DNA of 64,000 nt from a virus. Positions 58,143-64,000 of the stretch are shown here, in pieces (position 1 is the stretch's first letter; each line of letters opens with the position of its first letter). Position numbers and translations under genes: made by a program. Location: positions 32,001 to 96,000 of IMG/VR virus record IMGVR_UViG_3300025645_000042, one strand, 5' to 3'. The notes below the pieces were generated by a model. That model was not told the origin of the DNA, did no database searches, and saw only the letters and a program-made list of their open reading frames with translations.

Positions 58143-58865
58143 TTATAATCCCCCATCTATTTTTAAATTAGTACCAGCCACGTACTCATTATCAATAATA
58201 TAATTTATTGTATTATATAATTCTTCGGCAGTACCAAACCTCTTTAATCCTACTTTATCTTTAGCCATTTGAATATATTTTTCATCTACTCTATATGCCA
58301 TTCCACCATCCCAATAACCTAATTGTATTGTATTACATGTAATGCCGAATCTTACATTTTCTTTATTAGCAGTCCCCATCAATCTATCTACGAATGCCTT
58401 TGACGCACAGTATATTGAATTCTTAGGTACGTTCATTTTAGAAAAAACAGATGAAATTGCAATCACTCTACCATACTTATTTTCAATCATTCTTGGTAAA
58501 CATCCAGCTAATATATTAACATTACCCATCATATTTACATTCATCATTTCAGAAATACTCTCCACATCACTTTCACTAATTTTACTTAAAAAGGTATCAT
58601 ATTTCTTTCCACTCATATTAAGTACGATGTCTATCTCATTATCCTTAAAATATTGTTTCATTTGTACCAAATTGGTAATATCTACATCTGAACTACTTAG
58701 GGAAATTACATTATATTTTTCTTTTAATAAGGGAGTAAGTTTTTGTCCTAATCCACCACTTCCACCAAATACTACGATTGTTTTCATATCCTTTATTTTT
58801 GACCATCCTTTACCAATATCTTCTTGAGTTAAAATAACTCTATTATCTACTATTGATTTTGCCAT
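58143..58865 (-). CDS. FabG-like short-chain dehydrogenase/reductase
   Basis: GGSGGLG, YCASK, GTNLKIDGG. Confidence 0.85.
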   Translation of the reverse strand: MAKSIVDNRVILTQEDIGKGWSKIKDMKTIVVFGGSGGLGQKLTPLLKEKYNVISLSSSDVDITNLVQMKQYFKDNEIDIVLNMSGKKYDTFLSKISESDVESISEMMNVNMMGNVNILAGCLPRMIENKYGRVIAISSVFSKMNVPKNSIYCASKAFVDRLMGTANKENVRFGITCNTIQLGYWDGGMAYRVDEKYIQMAKDKVGLKRFGTAEELYNTINYIIDNEYVAGTNLKIDGGL

Positions 58866-59810
58866 TTAATCTTCATAATTTATTATCATAGACCCCCAAG
58901 CCCATCCAGAACCAACTGCCGAAAATAGTATTTTATCACCTTTCTTAATTTCATTATTTTCAAATGCATCATGTAGAGCTATTGGTATCGATGCGCCAGC
59001 AATATTTCCATATTTGTGTTGCACTGCTTTTACATTATCCATTGACATTCCAAGTTTTTTGGCAACATATTTTAATATATTGATACTTGGTTGATGAGGG
59101 ACTAGCATTTTAATATCTGATACCTCAAGACCACTTTCTTCCATTACTATTTTAATAGATTCTGGTAATACTTTAATTGCTTGGTCCCAAACTTCTCTTC
59201 CAATCATTGTAAATGGTTCTGATAATGGCATTCTGAAACCAGTCATTCCAGAGCCGTTACCATTTGACGCTATATTACTTATCGCCCAACCTTTTTTAGA
59301 TGTACCTAAAACTAACCCACCAGCACCATCACCGAAAAATACACAATTTCTATCATTTATATGGGTATGCTTTGAATATGTTTCACTAGCAACAATTAAT
59401 ATTTTTTTATAAATACCACTACTAATTAATGTTGATGCGAATGACATTGCATAAACAAACCCAGCACAAACTGCATTGATATCAAATGAAGGGACATCTC
59501 TTTTAATATCTAACATAGCGTGTAGTGTACATGCGGTTGATGGTGATATTTGGTCAGGACTTGATGTTACAACCATGATTAAATCTAATTCCTCTTTATC
59601 TACCTTAGCATTGGCTAATATTTTTATCGCAGCTTTATATGCTAAATCACCTGTAGTTTCATCTACGGTGATTCTACGTTCTAATATACCTAACTTATCT
59701 TCAACCCATTCTGGAGTTGTATCTATGTGTTTACATAATTCTTCGTTACTTACCACGTTACTTGGTAGATAAGACCCAGTACCTAATATTGTTACATTAT
59801 TATTTCTCAC
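58866..59810 (-). CDS. fabH: 3-oxoacyl-ACP synthase III
   Basis: GTGSYLP, DINAVCAGF (Cys), FGDGAG, PHQPS (His), GNIAGAS (Asn). Confidence 0.93.
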   Translation of the reverse strand: MRNNNVTILGTGSYLPSNVVSNEELCKHIDTTPEWVEDKLGILERRITVDETTGDLAYKAAIKILANAKVDKEELDLIMVVTSSPDQISPSTACTLHAMLDIKRDVPSFDINAVCAGFVYAMSFASTLISSGIYKKILIVASETYSKHTHINDRNCVFFGDGAGGLVLGTSKKGWAISNIASNGNGSGMTGFRMPLSEPFTMIGREVWDQAIKVLPESIKIVMEESGLEVSDIKMLVPHQPSINILKYVAKKLGMSMDNVKAVQHKYGNIAGASIPIALHDAFENNEIKKGDKILFSAVGSGWAWGSMIINYED

Positions 59811-60454
59811 AATTTTTTATTTTTATATGTTATTTCAAAATGTGTTTTAATACCATTCCCTATTGAATTAATTTCATTATGAGTTTTCTCTATTAACCTT
59901 CTTAATTCTTTCATTTTATCATCACCTAAATGTAAGTGAATTTCAATTGCAATATAATCAATATTACTCAAATCACAATTAATTAAAAAACCATATTCCC
60001 CACCTTCACAATCTATTTTTAAATAATTTATTTTATCAATATTAAACGTCTTATAAATATCTTCTAAAGATATCGTTTCAACTTCTTCGTAGGTATCAAA
60101 ATCATAATGTTTAGCTGTAATATCACCCTTTAAGGTTGTTGCATTTCCAGAAACATTTCCATTTATAAATGGAAACAATTTAATTATTTCACCACTTTTA
60201 TTTGATACCGCATATCTATATACTGAAACATTTTCAAAATCACTTGTATTTTTAACGCATTTATCATACGTTTCTTTAGCTGGTTCTATAGATATAATTT
60301 TATCAAATACTTTATGATTTACGTATGAAAATGCTCCAACATTAGCACCTATATCTACCGCAATCCCACCAACTCCTTTTGGAATTATGTATGCTCTTCT
60401 AACGCCATTAATACGCTCATTAAACCAATTATTACCATCTTCAAATTTTAACAT
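59807..60454 (-). CDS. FkbM-family SAM methyltransferase
   Basis: VDIGANVG, LKIDCEGGE. Confidence 0.9.
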   Translation of the reverse strand: MLKFEDGNNWFNERINGVRRAYIIPKGVGGIAVDIGANVGAFSYVNHKVFDKIISIEPAKETYDKCVKNTSDFENVSVYRYAVSNKSGEIIKLFPFINGNVSGNATTLKGDITAKHYDFDTYEEVETISLEDIYKTFNIDKINYLKIDCEGGEYGFLINCDLSNIDYIAIEIHLHLGDDKMKELRRLIEKTHNEINSIGNGIKTHFEITYKNKKL

Positions 60455-60458
60455 ATTT

Positions 60459-61100
60459 TTATATTTTTTTATATTTTTTAAACACTGTAAATTCAGTCAA
60501 ATCTCTATATCCGTTTTCTTCGTGTAAATCAGAAACGTGATTAGGATAATTTTGCATTAATGCTATACCATGAGCTGCTATTTGTGGGGTCATATACATA
60601 TTCCACCCTAACATTGTTATATCATCTTCATGATATAATTTTTCGTTTCTACCCTCATATCTAGCTTGTTTAAACCATTTAACAGCTTCTTCATCATCAC
60701 AAAGAATCATACCACCTTTACCAAGTTGTAAATGTTTTTTTATATGAAATGATAAACACATGAAACTACCCTTTATATACATGTTAGATGTAAATCTTTT
60801 AGCTGCATCATAAATAGGTAAAGGTTCTAATTGATATATGCCATTCCAAATATCTTTACTAGAATCAAATACTGGTTGAAAACCAGCATGTATTATTGAT
60901 TGAGGCACAGATAAATAAGTTTTACATGGTACTTTTATTTCTTTTATGTCTTTATTTTTTTCATTAAAATATTTTAAACATAAAAATAATGCGTTTGTAC
61001 AATTATCAACTGATACTGCGTATTTAGCCCCAGTATATTCAGCAACTGTTTCTTCAAATGAACGAACAATGCTATATGCGTTTTTTCTATTATTTCTCAT
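60459..61100 (-). CDS. second short DegT-family PLP aminotransferase
   Basis: AVSVDNCT, YDAA, SFHIKKHLQLGKGG, GWNMYM; 213 aa. Confidence 0.8.
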   Translation of the reverse strand: MRNNRKNAYSIVRSFEETVAEYTGAKYAVSVDNCTNALFLCLKYFNEKNKDIKEIKVPCKTYLSVPQSIIHAGFQPVFDSSKDIWNGIYQLEPLPIYDAAKRFTSNMYIKGSFMCLSFHIKKHLQLGKGGMILCDDEEAVKWFKQARYEGRNEKLYHEDDITMLGWNMYMTPQIAAHGIALMQNYPNHVSDLHEENGYRDLTEFTVFKKYKKI

Positions 61101-61105
61101 TTTTT

Positions 61106-61867
61106 TTAATTTATTTCATCTAACCAACCATGTAATGTTACCATAAATTTTTGTGGCCTAAACCCTACACTCATATGAGATTTAGTTACCGAAAAATTAT
61201 CCATTAAAACATTATGTTCCTCCCAATCAAAATTATTGGCTATGCCCCATTCTAAGGCAATAATATCTATATCAGGGAATAAACCTTTTCTTCTGTGATT
61301 TGGGCTTACAGCACCTATTACTCCAGCGGCATATGTTTTATCTTCTTCAATAAATTTTTTATATGCTATATAACCAGCAACTTCATCATCTTTAGAAGCA
61401 ACAAATATTTTACTTGCCACATTATCATTAATACATGAATTATAAGCCCAATCCACATATGCATTTAAACTATCTTTAGAATCTAATCTTTTATCTGCAC
61501 CGTAGTGACCATAATTTTTAAATGATTGTTTTGTTATATCAACAATCATATCAGTATCAGAATCTTTAAATTCTCTTAAAATATAACCATCATTCCTTTC
61601 AACTTTTTTAAATACGTAATTACCATCTCTATCTGTAAAGGTATTACGAAGTGTACATTGAGTGTCTTTAATTGTGAAACCACGTTTCTCAAGAGAATTT
61701 ATTATATCTAATCGTGAGAAATCTATTCTTGCGAATATTAATTCATAATTAAATTGTTTGAAATACTCTATTGAATCTTCAACACTGATATCATCAAAGA
61801 AGTTATCATCTATTTTACCAATTTTAAATCCAAATCTATTACTATTTATTTCACTATATATACTCAT
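61106..61867 (-). CDS. GNAT acyltransferase (WecD/RffC-like); likely start ATG 61867
   Basis: IGAVSPNHRRKGL acyl-CoA motif, SVGF C-terminus. Confidence 0.75.
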   Translation of the reverse strand: MSIYSEINSNRFGFKIGKIDDNFFDDISVEDSIEYFKQFNYELIFARIDFSRLDIINSLEKRGFTIKDTQCTLRNTFTDRDGNYVFKKVERNDGYILREFKDSDTDMIVDITKQSFKNYGHYGADKRLDSKDSLNAYVDWAYNSCINDNVASKIFVASKDDEVAGYIAYKKFIEEDKTYAAGVIGAVSPNHRRKGLFPDIDIIALEWGIANNFDWEEHNVLMDNFSVTKSHMSVGFRPQKFMVTLHGWLDEIN

Positions 61868-61871
61868 ATAA

Positions 61872-62624
61872 TTACCAAATACAAATTTTATGATTACCAT
61901 GTTTTAAATAACCCCTATTAGTGTCAACTCCTAAGAATAAATTTAACCCAGTTCCTATATCAAAATATGTGTTTTCTTTTTCTTCTAAAAATAGTTTATG
62001 GATTAAAACTTCACTTAATGATGAGGCTGAAAATAAAAATACATGGTCTTTAATATTATTATCTTTTACCCATTTAATGATTTCATCAGATATGTCAAAA
62101 TTGTTAATCATACAATTATTACCAACTCTAAAATCTTTTTCAACTTTAAAAGGTAATTTTTCCAAATTTAAAGTCTCGTTACCAATAAAAACAATTTTTT
62201 TATCATTAAATAATGGAACTATTTCATTTGTAAACCTATTAAAATTACCATTTATAAAAAGGTTGGCCCAAGTTAAATGTTCATCGTCACCACCTCTAAG
62301 ATTTACTTGCCAATCAAAAGCCTCTTGACCTACACAACACCTACAACTAAGCCCCACAAAATAATTCTCATCTTTATATTTAAACGCATCTTTTAAAGCA
62401 TCATAAAAAAAATGATGTTTACTAGAATCAACTTCTTTATAATTTATTGGGTCATAAGAACCACTATTTCTTACCCCATCAATCTCATACCATCCATTCC
62501 CCAATTTAGTGGTTTTATCCATAAGGAGATACATTTCCCCATCAGAAAATCTACCATATGCGAAATTTTCATTAGCTTTTAATTTTTCTAAAAATAAATT
62601 GAAATGTCCTTCAAATGTTTTCAT
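61872..62624 (-). CDS. putative GT-D-fold glycosyltransferase-like protein
   Basis: YGRFSDGE motif, FDIGTGL; inside glycan locus. Confidence 0.55.
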   Translation of the reverse strand: MKTFEGHFNLFLEKLKANENFAYGRFSDGEMYLLMDKTTKLGNGWYEIDGVRNSGSYDPINYKEVDSSKHHFFYDALKDAFKYKDENYFVGLSCRCCVGQEAFDWQVNLRGGDDEHLTWANLFINGNFNRFTNEIVPLFNDKKIVFIGNETLNLEKLPFKVEKDFRVGNNCMINNFDISDEIIKWVKDNNIKDHVFLFSASSLSEVLIHKLFLEEKENTYFDIGTGLNLFLGVDTNRGYLKHGNHKICIW

Positions 62625-63388
62625 TTTCTTACTTTTTTAACTGTTTGCCAATCTTTATCTATTAATTGAGAAACGATACTATTTCTTAATCCAATATGAT
62701 TTGAATGAGTTAAAGAATGTGCGTTTTTATCGTAACCCCAATTATTATCCCTTGCTGGTACGTTTGACCAACTTTCAATATCATTTGGATTATGTGCTGG
62801 TACATAAGTTTTTAACCCCATATACTTTTGAGCCGCATAAGAGAAAAACATATCTTCACCATTATCCCAACTAGGTGGTTTTTCCATCCACATTACCTTA
62901 GCTGTTTCTTGTTTGAAGAACCAAGCATGACCCACTAAATCTACATATGTCTTTCCATCGTTATGTTGACCATTCCAACCGACTACTGTATTTGGTCTAT
63001 ATGCTTTATTATGAACTATAATTCCACTACCACCTAAAATTCCATCTTCTTCATTAATACAATTCATACAGTTTCTTAACCAATCTTTACCACATACCAC
63101 ATCATCATCAAACATCGCTATATATGGTGTTTTACATAAAAGAGGTAATGTAAATCTACCCCAGAATTTTGTATTATGACTGCAATGATAAAATTTAACA
63201 CCTTTACTCATATATTCAGCAATGACTTTCATCAAAGTTAATGAGTCTTCCATATCACTTTCACCTTCAACTTTATTAACCCAAATATGGATATCTTCAG
63301 GTAATACCAACCCTGTAGCTAATACAGCTTCAATTTGGGATTCCAATGTGTAAGGTCTTTTATAAACGTTTAAAATTACTGATATCAT
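62621..63388 (-). CDS. GT-A (GT2-like) glycosyltransferase
   Basis: ISVILN, AMFDDD, GEDMFFS. Confidence 0.8.
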   Translation of the reverse strand: MISVILNVYKRPYTLESQIEAVLATGLVLPEDIHIWVNKVEGESDMEDSLTLMKVIAEYMSKGVKFYHCSHNTKFWGRFTLPLLCKTPYIAMFDDDVVCGKDWLRNCMNCINEEDGILGGSGIIVHNKAYRPNTVVGWNGQHNDGKTYVDLVGHAWFFKQETAKVMWMEKPPSWDNGEDMFFSYAAQKYMGLKTYVPAHNPNDIESWSNVPARDNNWGYDKNAHSLTHSNHIGLRNSIVSQLIDKDWQTVKKVRK

Positions 63389-63999
63389 TCTGGTATATAT
63401 TTTCTCATTTTTTTAATATTCATCTTATTTCCAGCTCTTAAGAAGTTAATCATCTCCTTACCTTTCAAACCAAAATAATCTTCAGCTGCCGCACCATAGT
63501 TATTAAGGTTATTATTCACACTACTTGGTCCAACATAAGTTGTCAAAACATCTAATCCTAAACATTTAGCTTCAACAATAATTCTACAATACGTTTCTCT
63601 GGCCGCTGGAAAGAACACCAATTTAGAATACTTAGACATATCAGTTAAAAAACCTTCACGACCAGTACCATTTTGAATAAACCCGTAAGGGATTTCATTC
63701 TTCGTACAGTAATCAATAGCACCTTGAGAATTCTTAATCCAGTTGTTGGTGTTGTAAATACAAGCTTTACCATTCTTTTCCAAATTCTCATCATATAACC
63801 TTTCCATAAGTTTAAGGTCATCTTCAGACCATATGTTGGTCCTCATATTAATGAAATTTGCTTCAACCCCATTTTTCTTATAAACGTTTAAATGGTCGGC
63901 TGATTTAACAAAAACAGCTTTAGCATTTTTATATAAATCATAATTTTGTCTTAATTCCTTTGGGATGATATCATTTGGGTATCTCCATGGATGTCTTGA
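63385..63999 (-). CDS. GT-B glycosyltransferase-like protein, 5' truncated by the window edge
   Basis: frame open from the window end through the listed ATG 63846; RETYCRIIVEAKCLG donor motif. Confidence 0.65.
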   Translation of the reverse strand, partial: SRHPWRYPNDIIPKELRQNYDLYKNAKAVFVKSADHLNVYKKNGVEANFINMRTNIWSEDDLKLMERLYDENLEKNGKACIYNTNNWIKNSQGAIDYCTKNEIPYGFIQNGTGREGFLTDMSKYSKLVFFPAARETYCRIIVEAKCLGLDVLTTYVGPSSVNNNLNNYGAAAEDYFGLKGKEMINFLRAGNKMNIKKMRKYIPE

Positions 64000-64000
64000 T

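Noticed and set aside
613-62328. Many opposite-strand ORFs (e.g. 14460-15014, 27464-27748, 31908-32513, 58342-58827)
   Set aside because: Lie fully within well-supported genes and show the Ser/Leu/Ile/Phe-rich composition of antisense shadows
1-64000. Stop-codon reassignment (TAG or TGA recoding)
   Set aside because: Long conserved genes are intact in the standard code, and the broken genes need a frame change, not readthrough
46986-64000. Giant eukaryotic virus or bacterial chromosome origin suggested by the glycan genes
   Set aside because: T4-like terminase, portal, protease and gp23 capsid with bacterial promoters and terminators are on the same contig, with no obvious compositional break by eye
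1-64000. tRNA or rRNA genes
   Set aside because: No cloverleaf or T-loop consensus seen by eye; a tRNAscan-SE run would confirm

Overview
AT-rich segment of a large T4-superfamily tailed phage (jumbo-type myovirus). The host is probably Bacteroidota, inferred from TAnnTTTG host-type promoters, no Shine-Dalgarno motifs and a Bacteroidetes-like serine recombinase. The window carries the head module (terminase, intein-containing portal, prohead protease, scaffold, gp23-like major capsid protein), a tail-tube paralog, baseplate-like genes and a gp55-like sigma factor with a candidate late promoter ATATTTAT. Auxiliary genes include thioredoxin, ClpC, ThyA, PhoH, a Mom-like DNA modifier, an LRR protein and ART-fold proteins. 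An ~18 kb glycan-biosynthesis region runs off the right edge. Most unusual features: (1) a five-unit tandem array of Gly-X peptides with a near-invariant MNIKIS(R/K)G leader; (2) an HNH cassette flanked by a 69-bp duplication of the capsid gene 3' end; (3) a Pro1/Cys-F4 portal intein with an HNH domain; (4) a gene framed by 14-bp inverted repeats with a structured leader RNA; (5) several genes broken by single frameshifts at homopolymer runs (programmed recoding or assembly error); (6) an acyl-aminosugar pathway with two miniaturised PLP aminotransferases. All family assignments are from motif recognition by eye; no searches were run. No tRNA, rRNA or CRISPR array was seen.
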